In this document: in pieces, positions 1 through 13,800 of the stretch
How positions within the stretch are numbered: position 1 is the stretch's first letter
Layout: each line of letters opens with the position of its first letter
Position numbers and translations under genes: made by a program
The notes under the pieces: model-generated
What the model was told of the DNA's origin: nothing
Seen by the model: only the letters and a program-made list of their open reading frames with translations
The model's database searches: none
NCBI RefSeq assembly: GCF_963921235.1
Contig: NC_086108.1
Span: forward strand, 96,598,001 to 96,662,000
Direction: 5' to 3'
DNA from: Mobula hypostoma
Lineage: Eukaryota
DNA: 64,000 nt

Positions 1-99
1 GTACAGTTAATAGCAAAGTAACCAAAATTGAAGATATTCACTATATTGCTCCAAATGCCCCCTCAAACCCTGGCTGAACTGATCTAGATCTCAACTCTA

Positions 100-640
100 T
101 TCTCCTGTCCAAATTCTATGTATTCTAATATCTACCTTAGCCTCCAACTGTACTTAGTGACCATATGCCCTCAGCTTTGAGATAGAGAATTCCTAAGATT
201 CATAATCCTCGAGTAGAACTTTCTTCTGATTTCAGTCTTAAGTGACAGTTCTTAACCTGACACTATTTCCTGAATTCTACACTCCACAACCAGAGTATAC
301 ATCTTCACAGCACCGAGCCTAACAAGCCTCTTCAATATCTTATCCATCAGTAAGATGAATTTATTTCTCTTATAAACTTCTATTAAATTGTTCCCCATAA
401 GAAAACTTCCTTATTTTGATAATCAGACTACACTCTAATTGCTGCAATGCCTTTAAAGTGAAGTATGTCCTTCCTTATATTAAAAAAAAGGAGACCAAAA
501 TCATAGACAATACTAATGAGGACTCATGAAAGACCTGGATTGCTGTAGTAAGATTTTGTCACTCTTATATTCCATTGTCCTTGAAATAAAAGCCTAAATC
601 TTATTTGCCTTCTTAAATACTTTCTATAAGCAGACTTTCA
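100..640 (-). mobile_element. Highly decayed CR1-like LINE 3' region
   Basis: Weak similarity to the reverse complement of the CR1 RT tails elsewhere in the window. Boundaries are approximate. Confidence 0.45.
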
Positions 641-699
641 CTTTGTTTCTTTGTTTATGAAACAGTCTATTGTCAATTGTTTTTTGCATACCCCATATA

Positions 700-932
700 C
701 TTTCTGTATCTGATACCATGACCTGGATCTGGGCCGTACCTTCCGAATATCTGGACCTGCCTCTTGGTTTTTTTTTGCACTACCTTACTTTCCCTTTTCT
801 GTTTTCTATTTATGATTTATAATTTAAATTGTTAATATTTACTATCGATTAGCGCAAAGCACAGAATTAAGTATCGCTGTGATGATTGTACACTCTAGTA
901 TCAATTGTTTGGCGACAATAAAGCAAAGTAAA
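700..932 (+). repeat. SINE or LINE-tail fragment ending gacaataaagcaaagtaa
   Basis: The GC-richer head and the GACAATAAA plus short-repeat tail resemble the Rex1/L2-type 3' ends in this window. Confidence 0.4.
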
Positions 933-1283
933 CTGTTTTGCATCTCAAACGTACACTTAGTTAATAAAGCTAACAGCAAAAACCTTTTTTTTCAAATATA
1001 TAAAGTGAAGAGAAATATAATACTATTAAATTCCAATATAGAAACAACCATTGTTGACAAAAATGGATCCTAAGATTAGAAGTTACTGATGTATTAGACT
1101 AAATTTATCCGTTAGTACACTTTAAGAGAAATGGTTCATGGAAGGCCTTGCAAAAAGTATCCTGTTTTCGACAGACTCACTCTCTCCAACACAACTGAAT
1201 AAACATAATTAGCTGTCTTCTTAAAAAAACCACGTGATATAAGTAATTTTCTACATCAACTTTTTAAGAATTTAAAAAAGTAC

Positions 1284-1445
1284 CTTTCATCACATGGTTA
1301 GAGGAAACCGCTGATGAATTTTCTGTGCCATTTCGTTTTGCTAACTGAGTGTTTTGTCTGTCTGAATTTCCATGAATAAAATGTGTTCCAAACTTCCTTG
1401 GTCCTGAATAAAAAACTGTATACTTTTGCTGAATATCCAATCCAA
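1284..1445 (-). CDS. HFM1: HFM1 coding exon (V)GLDIQQKYTVFYSGPRKFGTHFIHGNSDRQNTQLAKRNGTENSSAVSSNHVMK
   Basis: 162 nt, ttttccacctag acceptor, AAG|gtactt donor, phase 1 to 1. VGLDIQQK.TVFY matches HFM1. No further downstream exon was recognised in 1-1283. Confidence 0.9.
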
Positions 1446-2003
1446 CTAGGTGGAAAAGAAGAAACAACATATTGTTAACAACTTTCATCTGAAGAATGCG
1501 AAGTACAGTTAAAAGTCAGTGCTTTCCCATTAATGGAAGTATAGGAACCTCAAGAGGAATTGCTGGAGGGTTGGATGGCAATGCAAGCCAGGTGAATGGT
1601 GGGCTAATGTTGCCTTAACTCCACTATGCAAGGGCAACTGCCTGTGATTTCACATGCAAAAAAGCTTTACTTGCAATAAAATGAACTATGCAAGCATCCT
1701 ACATTCTGGTTCTTTTTATATAGCTCTAATCATTACATCAGCATGCACCTAATAATAGACTCTACAAACTTAGTAGATTTTGTGTGTTTGTTTGTGTCAG
1801 ACAAGGTGAGGGTGCTGAGATGGAGTTCTGTTGTCACGGCCAGCATATTAGGAGAATGTGGAACTAATGCTGAATATTAGCCATGATCTTACTGAAAGGA
1901 AGAAAATATTTAAATAACAATATGGCTTAATTGATTTCCCCATTAATCCTATGGCAATATGGCAAACTGCTCTACTTCTTTTATTTACATGAAATTTTTA
2001 TTC

Positions 2004-2821
2004 AAGTGGATTCCTGTTAATTGGGCCATCAGTTAAACAGGGCTGCAGCAGTCTTGGGACAAAGAACAAAAACTAATTGAGAAAATAGCCAGGATTCCAT
2101 TTGTTTATTTGGGACACTGTGCCTCTTTAATTGGAGAAGGAGACTCTTGCCGAACAGTTTCTAACTACCGTCAGACACGTGCACTTGTGTGACCGTTAGA
2201 CACTACATCATGCTTAAAGTGAACAATTTTTAAATAGCGTTACTTATGTGTTTGTGTTCAAAAGTAGTGACTTCTGTCACTGATAGTTGGAGAGTAATAA
2301 GCAGTAAGACTATTCAAAACTGTTTTGCTCACTGCAGTTTGAAGCATTCATGCTTGGAAATGCCAGAAGCAGCCATGAGCGAAAATGAAATGCTTTCACC
2401 TCTGCAACAAGTTAGAAACTACAAAGAATTTGAAGATACTGACAATCATCTTGAATGTTACAATGAAAATAAAGATTTAGAGGATGCAATTGTCAAAAGT
2501 ATTGCACGAGAACTGTCCATAACCCACACAAGGTGTGTGCTGAATGTGTTCATTTACAGTCAATCAAAACAATGTGACAGCATCCTCTGTCCATATCTTT
2601 TAGGAACTAATACACAGTTTTATCATACTATAGTAGTAGTATTGGTACCAAATTGTTCTGTATTCCATTTAAATACTTCATTTGTTACTCAGTTAAAATG
2701 TAGTTTTGTTTTTTTTATAGCTTTTTAGCTATTTCCATGAAACTTTGGCTAATTGGGGTAGCCGCTCGATAGGGTCGAAATGTACTGGTCCCGATGTGTC
2801 CCAATTAACTGGAATCCACTG
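2004..2821 (+). mobile_element. Tigger/pogo-like DNA transposon deletion derivative
   Basis: Terminal inverted repeats agtggattcctgttaattggg (about 2005) and cccaattaactggaatccactg (ends 2821). ORF 2246-2728 contains a SWRVISSKTIQNCF pogo/Tigger C-terminal-like motif. Confidence 0.7.
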
Positions 2822-3521
2822 TTCTGATTTTTTTCATTAAGAAATGTTCAAATGCACCCATATAAAATCCATAGCAAAATATCTGATTTTAATTCAAGAA
2901 AATTAGTTTCAATTGATAAATTAGAGCTGTAATTTATAAATCAGATTTATCACATGTTATTTAATAATTGTGTTATTTAGCAAAAGCTGGTTTGCTTAGC
3001 TTGTCTTTTTCCTACTATAGTCAATTTGGAGACTGCAGGAGATAAGAAACTGCAGATTCTGGAATCTGAAGCAAAATACCAACACATGGAAGAGCTTACT
3101 GGTCTGCAGCATCTGTGTGAGGAAAAGGATGGTCAATGTGTTGAAAGTTCATCTTTCTTCAAGTAATAAAAGGATTAGGTTCCACCCCCCCCCATTACAT
3201 TACATTACATCTGTTACATTATATTTTCTGCATAAGGATAGTGCTTTTCTTGCCCTCTCCTTTAATCCAATCATCTGCTACAAATGGTCTGGAATTTTGA
3301 ACCACACCTTTGAATCTCAACATGTGAATCTAAAATGGATTACTTTCTAATAAACTCTGCTGTTTTAGATCTATATGCTGTATCTACATACTTACATGTT
3401 TTATGAAACCAAGGTACCACAGACCTTCACTACAGAATCTAAGACATAATTCACATTAACTTACAAACTCTTTATAGTTCATAAAATCTGCAGAAATTAC
3501 ACTGGAAAACACTTGCTAATC

Positions 3522-4790
3522 TATCAGAATCACAGAATCGGGTTTATTATCACGTGTCGTGAAATTTGTTAACTTAGCAGTAGCAGTTCAATGCAATACA
3601 TAATATAGAAGAAAATGAATAAATAAATAACAGTATACGTATATGGAATAGATTAAAAATCATGCAAAAAACAGAAATAATATATATTAAAAAAGTGAAG
3701 TAGTGTTCACGGGTTCAATGTCCATTTAGGAATCGGAAAGCAGAGGGGAAGAAGCTGTTCCTGCATTGTTGAATGCATGTCTTCAGGCATCTGTACCTCC
3801 TACACAATGGTAACAGTGAGAAAAGGGCATGCCCTGGGTGCTGGAGGTCCTTAATAATAATAGACACTGCCTTTCTGAGACACCACTCCTTGAAGATGTC
3901 CTGATTACTTTGTAGGCTAGTACCCTAGATGGAGCCGACTAAATTTACAACCCTCTGCAGCTTCTTTCGGTCCTGTGCAGTAGCCCCCCCCCCATGCCAG
4001 ACAGTGATACAGCCTGTCAGAATGCTTTCCACAGTACATCTATAGAAGTGTTTGAGTGTATTTGTTGACATACCAAATCTCTTCAAACTCCTAATGAAGA
4101 GCAGTCGCTGTTTTGCCTTCTTTATAACTGCAGTGATATGTTGGAACCAGGTTAGGTCCTCAGAGATTTTGACACCCAGGAACTTGAAACTGCTCACTCT
4201 CTCCACTTCTGATCACTCTATGAGGACTGGTATGTGTTCCTTTGTCTTACCCTTCCTAAAGTCCACAATCAGCACTTTCGTCTCACTGATGTTGAGTGCC
4301 AGGTTGTTGCTGCAACACCACCCCACTAGTTGGTATATCTCACTCCTGTACACCCTCTCATCTCCATCTGAGATCCTACCAACAGTGGTTGTATCATCAG
4401 CAAATTTATGGATGGTATTTTAGCTATGCCTAGCCTCACATTCATGGGTATAGAGAGAGTAGAGCAGTGGGCTAAGCACACACCCCTGAGGTGCACTAGT
4501 GTTGATAGTCAGAGAGGAGGAGATGTTATCACCAATCCACACAGATTGTGGTCTTCCGGTTAGGAAGATGAGGATCCAATTGCAGAGGGAGGTACAAAGG
4601 CCCAGGTTCTGTAACTTCTCAATCAGGTTTGTGGAAATAATGGTATTAAATGCTGAGCTATAGTCAATGAACAACATCCTGACATAGGTGTTTCTGTTGT
4701 CCAGGTGGTCCAAGGCCATGTGAAGAGCTATTGGGATTGAATCTGCAAATGACCTATTGGGGCATTAGGCAAATTGCAATAGGTCCACTT
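3522..4790 (-). mobile_element. Rex1/Babar-type LINE, 5'-truncated and disrupted
   Basis: RT motifs [37 protein letters not shown] and FKFLGVKISEDLTW. The 3' UTR ends in an (atcaga)-type tail. Confidence 0.9.
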
Positions 4791-5390
4791 TCAAATTATC
4801 TACTATTTTTTACAGTTTAAGAGAAAAATAAAATTCTGCAGCACCTAAGAGCATCAGAATTTGCCCCCAATCTATAATTGCAAATTTATGGAATGGATCT
4901 CCATAAAAGGAACCTAATTTTTTCTCAAATAAAAAACTGGCTGAGCATTTAACAATAAAGCACGATTTAACAATAAAAAAGTAGTGAAATGCAACACAGT
5001 GTCACTGAATCAAAGTTGTACAGCATAGAAATATGCCCTTTGACCTACCACTTCCCTGAGTATATGTTGTACCATTTTAATTAAATAAAATTGCCCATTT
5101 ATGTGCATTAGGTCAATAGCCTTCTATACCCACTGTAGTGATGGGAAGCTTGAGTTCTGCTATATTGTACAATGGTGGGTATTGCATAAAAATAAAAAGT
5201 ATTTCAGGATGTATATTGTATACATTCCTCTGACATTAAATTGAACCTACTGAACATTTTCTTTTACTTAAAGATATCACAATAGGTTTTAGATAGAAAT
5301 TTCATGAAAAGACTAGTGTCCTCTAATTTCCTCAGGCTAGCAAAATTGCAGCTCTTGAATATAAAATATTAACTATAAAACTCAACTTAC

Positions 5391-5494
5391 CATAGTCAGA
5401 ACTGATAAGATTAATACTTAGTTCTTCACCTTTAAAAGGTCTTTTAACTTCAATTTTTTTTGACCAACTTCCATTTTTAAGCAGCGCTAAATCC
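5391..5494 (-). CDS. HFM1: HFM1 coding exon (T)DLALLKNGSWSKKIEVKRPFKGEELSINLISSDY(V)
   Basis: 104 nt, tcaaaatag acceptor, ATG|gtaagt donor, phase 2 to 1. Confidence 0.94.
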
Positions 5495-7135
5495 CTATTT
5501 TGAAAGAAAACAAGGTCAGCACCTTTTTAGGTTTAGTGGGTGTGGTAGAGCTAAACTAAATGGAAAATGTTATTCATAGTATTCATTGTTTCTTAGAAGG
5601 GTTATTAAATGGGAAATGCATGGCAGAAAAATTTGCTTTATTCTTGAGATTGACACTGCAAAGTTTCATAGGGAACTACATCCATTACTTCACATGCTAT
5701 TGATTATGACTTCACCAATAATACATTCCAAGCTCTTCTTTCATGAGGGCTGCCATTGTGGAGCATATGGGGAAAAAAAAACAGGTTGGCTGCAGACGGA
5801 GAGAAATTCGGACCTCAGAATCCATTATCAGAGGATCATTAGGGAAGGGGGTTATTGGGGTCAGTACTAGATAGTTGGAATTGGAAGTTTGGGTTATGAT
5901 CATGTACAGAGTTAGATCATGATTGGATTGTGGGTGACATGAGTGGAAATTGCCAAGAGAAAACAAATTTTTTAAATTAGTGGACAACTAAAATGGGTTC
6001 CTAGAATAGGAACCCACAGTTTTGGAGCTGTTCCAGCAAGTTCATTTATTCTAGTTAGAGATAGTGCAGAATAGGTCCTACTGACACACCCCACCCATTT
6101 AACCCCTGTCTAGTAACAGCACAATTAATAATGACCAATTCACTTACTAACCTTTGGAACGTGGGAGGAAACCAGAGCACCTGGAGAAAACCCATGTGGT
6201 TTATGGGAAGAAGATACAAACTTCTTCCTGACGGTGTTGGAATTCCTTCACTAACAGCAATCAGACCACAGAAACAATGTGAAACCCTACTTCTGATGCC
6301 TAGCCTACAGTATGCACCATTGAAAAAAATCATTGCGAAGGCTGGTTGCTTCTATGTTGATCCATAGAAGGTAATGGAAGGAAAATCAATAACTTGTGAT
6401 TCAGACAATACATCCTGATTTTCTTTAGCAAAGAAAACATTTTCATTGTATTTAATTTCCTTAGTACATATGAACACTGAACTTTTGATAGAATACAGGG
6501 ATTCTCCGGCAGCTCTTTCCTCACTTGCTGAATAAAAATGGTACAGGTGGAGCATGAAGCTCATTACTGCTGTTTCTAAAGGCTACCACTGAGTAGCTCA
6601 GAATGACGATAAAATGGTACTAACCAAACAAAAGAAGGACTTTCAGGGAGTATATTCTCACTCTACTCTACCCTTAGAATATATTGAAGAAGCCATCAGT
6701 GCTCATTTATTTTCTTCCTTTAGTTCTCATTTCTTGTGGATGCACTATAGTGATGGTAGAACTTTTCCTCCCTTACTTGGTAGCTTGGTTCTAGATGGTG
6801 GTGATCCCAAGAGCAGTCTGTCCTGCAAATCAACTGATCCGCAGCCCAGGCAAGTGCCTTGGATCCACATGGTGCTGATGCAACCACTTCAGTACACTGC
6901 CAGTGTTTTCTGTTTATCCAATTAATATTAGCTGTATCAACAGAATGGATCTATGTTTAGCCTCGGTCTTCTATTTTTGAAACCATTTTAATATTTTATC
7001 CTCTTCCTCCTTTTCAATTCTACCAACTCCATTTACAGTATCTAAACTAAGATTGAAAATGAGTATGTTCAGACCAAAACGGGAGAAACAGCAATATTCT
7101 ATACTGGGTATTTTTTAAGCAGTTTAGATACTTGC

Positions 7136-7293
7136 GTGATTTTCTGCTTGTAAATAACTTGGTTGTCTGCATCTCCTATGACGAGGGAGGTATAGTGATT
7201 ATCAGATGCCGTTCTTTTTTTCTGTAGTTGCTGATAATTTGTTAAGGTAATTGTCACAACAATTTCTGCCACTGAATCATGGTATTTTGCAAG
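7136..7293 (-). CDS. HFM1: HFM1 coding exon LAKYHDSVAEIVVTITLTNYQQLQKKRTASDNHYTSLVIGDADNQVIYKQKI(T), ending at a GC donor
   Basis: 158 nt, cttttgaag acceptor. The frame joins the next exon only with the donor AC|gcaagt (phase 2). Confidence 0.93.
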
Positions 7294-7558
7294 CTTCAAA
7301 AGAAAAAAATTCCAAATGAATGAATTAAACATCATTACCATCAAACACATAAATACAGATAAATTAATTTCAATGGAGGAAATTTTATACTGCTTGTACT
7401 TATTGCAATGTTATAAGTATATAAAAAGAACAGCATTTTATTGTATATACTGAAAAATTAAAAACTCCTTTGGAAGGAATTCATGACAAAACAATTGTCA
7501 AAATGTTTGCCAAAGGGAAGTCACTTCTTAATGTGCAAACTAAGAATGGTATGATCAC

Positions 7559-7642
7559 CTGTTCAACACTTAGTTCATATTTTGGGAGGTGAATAACAGA
7601 TTCTCGTATCTGGTTCCCAAAAGGAGGGTGTCTATTCACAAT
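7559..7642 (-). CDS. HFM1: HFM1 coding exon IVNRHPPFGNQIRESVIHLPKYELSVEQ
   Basis: 84 nt, ttttgcag acceptor, CAG|gtgatc donor, phase 0 to 0. NRHPPFG is diagnostic of MER3/HFM1. Confidence 0.96.
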
Positions 7643-8960
7643 CTGCAAAATAATAATGACTGTGAATCCCTCTTTCAAATTCTGCATACATTTAATATAT
7701 TATAATCAAGGTAGAGCCAAGTTAATCAAAATCAGCATTCAACAGCATCAGTATTTCTATAATGTCTGCTAAGAAAATAAATGTATTTAAATTGAAACAA
7801 CTTTCATATTTGAAATGTACATTTGTTAGTGCTTTAGCAGCATTATGAAAGAAATGAAAATAGATGAATTCAGCAATAGTATGCTGCAAATAACAATTTT
7901 GATTATTTATTGATGAAAGAAGTTAATATCAGATGCAGAATTTTGTAATTTTACCCCACAATATTTACTTTCAAAATACTGTTTAAACAATCAAGTAGAA
8001 AAAAAACTGAAGGAAAAATAACAAGTAGTTCTTAAATATTCAGAGCCTATAAAAAATATTCACCACCATCACCCCCAGGGAAATTTTCATGTTTTATTGT
8101 TCTACAACATTGAATCATAGTGGAGTTAATTTGGCTTTTTAGATATTGATCAACAGAAAAAGACTCTTTTGTGTCAAAGTGAAAACAAATTTCTACAAAT
8201 TGGTCTGAATTTATACAATTATTAAACACGATAATGGATTGCATAATTACTCACCACCTTCAAGTCAGTATTTCGTAGATGCGCTTTTGGTAGCAATTAC
8301 AGCCTTGAGTCTGTGTGGCTCGGTCTCTATTAGCTTTGCACATCTGGACACTACTTTTTCCCCATTCTTTACAAAACTGCTCAAGCTTTGTCAGATTGCA
8401 TGGGGATTATGAGTGAACAGTTCTTTTCAAGTCCAGCCACAAATTTTCAATTGGTTTGAGGTCTGGACTCTGACTTGGCCACTCTAGGACATTAACCTTT
8501 TTGTTCTTAAGCCATTATTAAGCCATTATTATTTTTAAGCTTTGGCTTTATGCTTGACGTCATTGTCTTGCTGGAAAACAATCTTCACCCAAGTTGCAAT
8601 TCTCTTGCAGACTGCATCAGGTTTTCCTCCAGGATTTTCCTGTATTTTGCTGCATACATTTTACTGTCTATCTTCACAAGCCTTCCAGGGCCTGCTGCAT
8701 TGAAGCATCCCCACAGAATGATGCAGCTACCACCATGCTTCACGGTAGGGGTGGTGGTTTTTGAAAATGTGCGCTGCTTGGCTTACGCCAAACTTAGCTT
8801 TTAGTCTGATAGCTGAAAAGCTCAATTTTGATTTCATCAGACCATAGAACCTTCTTCCAAAAACAAAAACAGGAATTCTGCAGATGCTGGAAATTCAAGC
8901 AACACACATCAAAGTTGCTGGTGAACACAGCAGGCCAGGCAGCATCTGTAGGAAGAGGTG

Positions 8961-8998
8961 CAGTCGACGTTTCAGGCCGAGACCCTTCATCAGGACTA
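8961..8998 (-). ncRNA. Minimal type-I hammerhead ribozyme in the PLE pLTR
   Basis: The minus strand reads uaguc-CUGAUGA-a-ggg ucucgg ccu-GAAAC-GUC-gacug. This gives stem I aguc/gacu, a short stem II, intact core boxes, a GUC cleavage triplet and a loopless stem III. Confidence 0.8.
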
Positions 8999-10294
8999 AC
9001 TGAAGGAAGAGTGAGTAAGGGATTTGAAAGTTGGAGGGGGAGGGGGAGATCCAAAATGATAGGAGAAGACAGGAGGGGGAGGGATAGAGCCAAGAGCTGG
9101 ACAGGTGATAGGCAATAGGGGATACGAGAGGATCAGGGGATACGAGAGGATCATGGGACAGGAGGTCCGGGAAGAAAGACAAGGTGGGGGGGGGACCCAG
9201 AGGATGGGCAAGAGGTATATTCAGAGGGACAGAGGGAGAAAAAGGAGAGTGAGAAAAAGAATGTGTGCATAAAAATAAGTAACAGATGGGGTACGAGGGG
9301 GAGGTGGGGCCTTAGTGGAAGTTAGAGAAGTCGATGTTCATACTATCAGGTTGGAGGCTACCCAGACGGAATATAAGGTGTTGTTCCTCCAACCTGAGTG
9401 TGGCTTCATCTTTACAGTAGAGGAGGCCGTGGATAGACATGTCAGAATGGGAATGGGATGTGGAATTAAAATGTGTGGCCACTGGGAGATCCTGCTTTCT
9501 CTGGCGGACAGAGCGTAGATGTTCAGCAAAGCGGTCTCCCAGTCTGCGTCGGGTCTCGCCAATATATAAAAGGCCACATCGGGAGCACCGGACGCAGTAT
9601 ATCACCCCAGTCGACTCACAGGTGAAGTGTTGCCTCATCTGGAAGGACTGTTTGGGGCCCTGAATGGTGGTAAGGGAGGAAGTGTAAGGGCATGTGTAGC
9701 ACTTGTTCCGCTTACACGGATAAGTGCCAGGAGGGAGATCAGTGGGGAGGGATGGGGGGGACGAATGGACAAGGGAGTTGCGTAGGGAGTGATCCCTGCG
9801 GAATGCAGGGGGGGGAGGGAAAGATGTGCTTAGTGGTGGGATCCCGTTGGAGGTGGCGGAAGTTACGGAGAATAATATGTTGGACCCGGAGGCTGGTGGG
9901 GTGGCGGGAGGATGGAGTGAGAGCAGATGTACGTGAAATGGGGGAGATGCGTTTAAGAGCAGAGTTATCCACTGATGTCTACTATAAGCCTACTGACTCT
10001 CACAGCTATCTGGACTATTCCTCTTCTCACCCTGTCTCTTGCAAAAACGCCATCCCTTTCTCACAATTCCTCTGTCTCCGCCGCATCTGCTCTCAGGATG
10101 AGGCTTTTCATTCTAGGACGAGGGAGATGTCTTCCTTTTTTAAAGAAAGGGGCTTCCCTTCCTCCACTATCAACTCTGCTCCTATCACCTGTCCAGCTCT
10201 TGGCTCTATCCCTCCCCCTCCTGTCTTCTCCTATCATTTTGGATCTCCCCCTCCCCCTCCAACTTTCAAATCCCTTACTCACTCTTCCTTCAGT

Positions 10295-10332
10295 TAGTCC
10301 TGACGAAGGGTCTTGGCCTGAAACATCGACTG
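10295..10332 (+). ncRNA. Hammerhead variant (GAAAC-AUC) in the inverted pLTR
   Basis: uaguc-CUGACGA-agggucuuggccu-GAAAC-AUC-gacug. Confidence 0.6.
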
Positions 10333-10871
10333 CACCTCTTCCTACAGATGCTGCCTGGCCTGCTGCGTTCACCAGCAACTTTGATGTGTGAACCTTCTTC
10401 CAGCTGACTTCAGAGTCTCCCACATACCTTCTGGCAAACTCTAGCCGAGATTTCATATGAGTTTTTTTTTCCAACAGTAGCTATCTCTTTGTCACTCTCC
10501 CATAAAACTGTGACTGGTGAAGCACCTGGGCAATAGTTGTTGTATGCACAGTTACTGAAGCTTGTAACTCCTCCAGAGATGTCATAGGTCTCTTGGTGAC
10601 CTCCCTCACTAGTATCCTTCTCGCATGGTCACTCAGTTTTTGAGGATAGCCTGCTCTAGGTAGATTTACAGCTGTGCCATATTCTTGATGATTGACTTCA
10701 TCAAGATGATTGACTTCATGATTGACTGGATATTCAGTGCCTTGGATACTTTCTTGTATCCATCTCCTAACTTGTGCTTTTCAATAACCTTTTCACAGAG
10801 TTGCTTGGAATTGCTTGCCTTCATGGTGTAGTTTTTGCCAGGATATTGACTCACCAGCATTTGGACCTTCT

Positions 10872-13800
10872 TCTTCTCCTTCTGACTTTTAATGGCAGTT
10901 GGCAGTCCAACTTAAACGTACATTACCGCCACCAACTGGACGCAGTGTGATGTAGAGAGTTGGGAAATAAAATCCATACTCCTTCTTTATCAACTAAAAA
11001 CTAAATTACCCCAAAAGCCCTATAGATTTTAGATATGAAAGACAATTTTGTGAATTAAATTAAAGTCACTTCCATAACTTAGTCAAATTTTTAAATGAAA
11101 ACTGTCAACCCCAAAGCTGGTAGTGCAGCCTGCATTGGCTTTCTTTCAACCTTGCATGCTTCACATTGTAAAAAAATGTGTTCAACTGTTTCATAATGAT
11201 GACAACACCTACACACCCCAGAGTGAAGTTTTCCAACAAGATACAAGGATTAATTAAGCATAATATGTCCAATACCTATTTTAAAAAACACCCAAGATGC
11301 TTGTGGACCTGGAAATTACACTAGAAATCAAATTTACTTTATTACTATAAACCAAAGATTTAGAAACTCAGTGACTCAATGCAGAACATATCCAGGTGCA
11401 GACTGTAATAGTGACCATAACCCAGTGGTATGTCATGTAAAAGTAAAACTTAAAAAACTACAGAAGCAAAAACCTGAACAATCCCTTGACTACTTGCAAT
11501 TAATTAAAGAAGAAAACTTAAGACAAAAATTTACAATTGAAGTAAGGAATAGATTTCAAAGTCTAGAAATAGAATCTGTTGAAGATGATAGCAATCATGT
11601 CGCAATGAAATTTAACTCTCTGAAGGATGCCTTGGTAGAATCAGCAATGTCAGTGATTCCTAAAAAAGAAAAAAAAGCACAAAGAATAAATGGATGACAG
11701 ATGAAATCAAAAATCTAATGGAAGAAAGCAAATCCTATAGAAGATAAGTCCTTAAATAAAAAAGTTAAAAGCTTATGTCAAAAAGCCAAAGAGGAATGGT
11801 TAAACCAGGAATGTGAGCAAATAGAAAGAATCCCTATTACTGATCCAAAAAGGTTACATCAACAAATCAAGAATATCACTGGTAAAAAGCTCTTCTGTTC
11901 TTCAGGTGGATGTTTGAAAGCAAAGGACGCTACCATTATCATGGAAAAAGATGAGATTATGAACAGATGGACTGAGTATATTCAGGAATTGTTTGAGGAA
12001 GATCGAGGTGAAAAACCAGAAGTTAAGAAAAACATTGAAGGTCCAAGTATTTTAAAATCTGAAGTTCGTAATGCAATAAATAAGATGAAGAAAGGAAAGG
12101 CAGCAGGTACTGATGAATTAGTAATAGAACAATTTATCGCCATTGAAAATTATGGAGTTGAAAAACTTACTGATTTAATCAAAGACATTTATGAGACTGG
12201 AATAATACCAGAAGAGATGAAAAAAATCAGTATTTATCACTCTTCCTAAGAAACCTGGAGCAATAGAATGTGAATTGCATTGGACCGTAAATTTAATGAG
12301 TCATATCACCAAGATACTTCGAAGAATTTTGATGACAAGAACTGAAAGTAAGATACAAGCTGAAATAGGTAAAGAACAATGTGCTTTTGTGAAAGACAAA
12401 GGTACAAGAAACACAATATTGATGTTAAGGATACTATCAGAATGAGCTATTCGAGTGCAAAAAGATTTGTTTGTTTGTTTTATCGACTACATAAAAGCAT
12501 TTGATGAAGTGAAGCACAGTAAGTTATTTGAAATATTACAGAAAACTCTAGATCTAGATTCAAAAGACATCCGCCTAATCAGAAATCTGTACTGGGAACA
12601 AACTGCCACTGTAAGAATAGATGGAGAAGTGAGTCAGTTTACAAAAATCAAGAGAGGCATTAGACAAGGGTGTGTTTTCTCCCCTGATTTATTTAACGTG
12701 TACAGTGAAACAATATTACAAAAAAAAAGAGATATCTTGGGAATCAAAGTTGGCGGTGAAAACATCAATAGTTTCAGATCTGCAGATGACACTGTGTTAA
12801 TTGCAAGTACGGAGGAAGAACTACAAAACTTAATTGATATAATTGTTGAAGAAAGTGCAAAAATGGGTCTATCTATCAATTGCAAAAAGACAGAATGTAT
12901 GGTGATATCCAAAAAGAAGGAGAATCCTATCCGCAGGATGAAAATAAATGAGGAAGACATAAAACAAGTACAGAACTTTTGCTACTTAGGAAGCTGGGTG
13001 ACATCAGATGGCAGGTGTGACATGGACATCATAAGAAGAATAGGGATGGCAAAATACACCTTTATGAGAACGAAGAGTATACTGACCAATACTAAACTAG
13101 GCATGACAACCCGCCTCAGAGTACTGAAATGTTACGTTTATCCAGTTACGTTATATGGTTCAGAATGTTGGACAATATCTAGTAACACGAGGAAACAAAT
13201 CGAAGCAGCAGAGATGTGGTTTTTGAGGAGGATGCAAAGAATATCATGGACAAAACGAATATCTAACGAACAAGCACATGAACAGAGCTAACACAAAAAG
13301 AGAAATAATGTATGAGATCATGAAAAGGCAACATAACTTCATTGGACATGTGATTAGGAAAGAGGAGTTAGAACGTGCGGTAATTATGGGAAAGATTGAA
13401 GGGAAAAAAGCAAGAGGAAGACAAAGACAAATGATGATAGAGACAGCAGCCAGAGAAATGGAAATGAACACCAATGAATTGATCCACTTGACCCAAAATA
13501 GGAGTGTGTGGACCATGGCAGTCAAAGCTCAAAATGAGCACGGCACCTGATGATGATGATGCCCAATTCTAAGTCGAATCAATATAATTCCTTCCCTTCT
13601 TGCCTTACCTCCTTCTCCCATCAATTCAACAGTTTAATGTATTCTGGAAAGGTGTCTCCCTTTATGCCCATTATCCCACAGGTACCCTAATTCTTAGCCC
13701 CACCAACCCCTTAGCTTCTGATATGCTAAGTGGAAGGTCTCTATCCACAGATGAACTTTTAACAGCTTTTTTGGCCAAACTATCAACCCGCTCATTCCCC

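Larger units (their letters stand above)
8860..10389 (-). mobile_element. Penelope-like element (GIY-YIG) with inverted pLTRs, inserted in the Tc1
   Basis: ORF 9312-9638 is a GIY-YIG endonuclease (VIYCVRCSRCGLLYIGETRRRLGDRFAEH). 8903-9110 is inverted relative to 10180-10389. 13-bp TSD gaaccttcttcca at 8847-8859 and 10390-10402. Confidence 0.92.

Noticed and set aside
1181..1225. Strong gtgagt donor suggesting a micro-exon downstream of exon 1284
   Set aside because: The upstream acceptors give an in-frame TAA or only a 14-nt exon, with no recognisable HFM1 peptide. Cannot be supported.
2246..2728. Domesticated TIGD-like gene
   Set aside because: Only a short C-terminal transposase remnant between intact TIRs, lacking the HTH and DDD core.
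6440..6530. Possible exon after catttttattcag (SEERAAGESLYS...)
   Set aside because: No similarity to HFM1, no convincing donor, and not needed for frame continuity.
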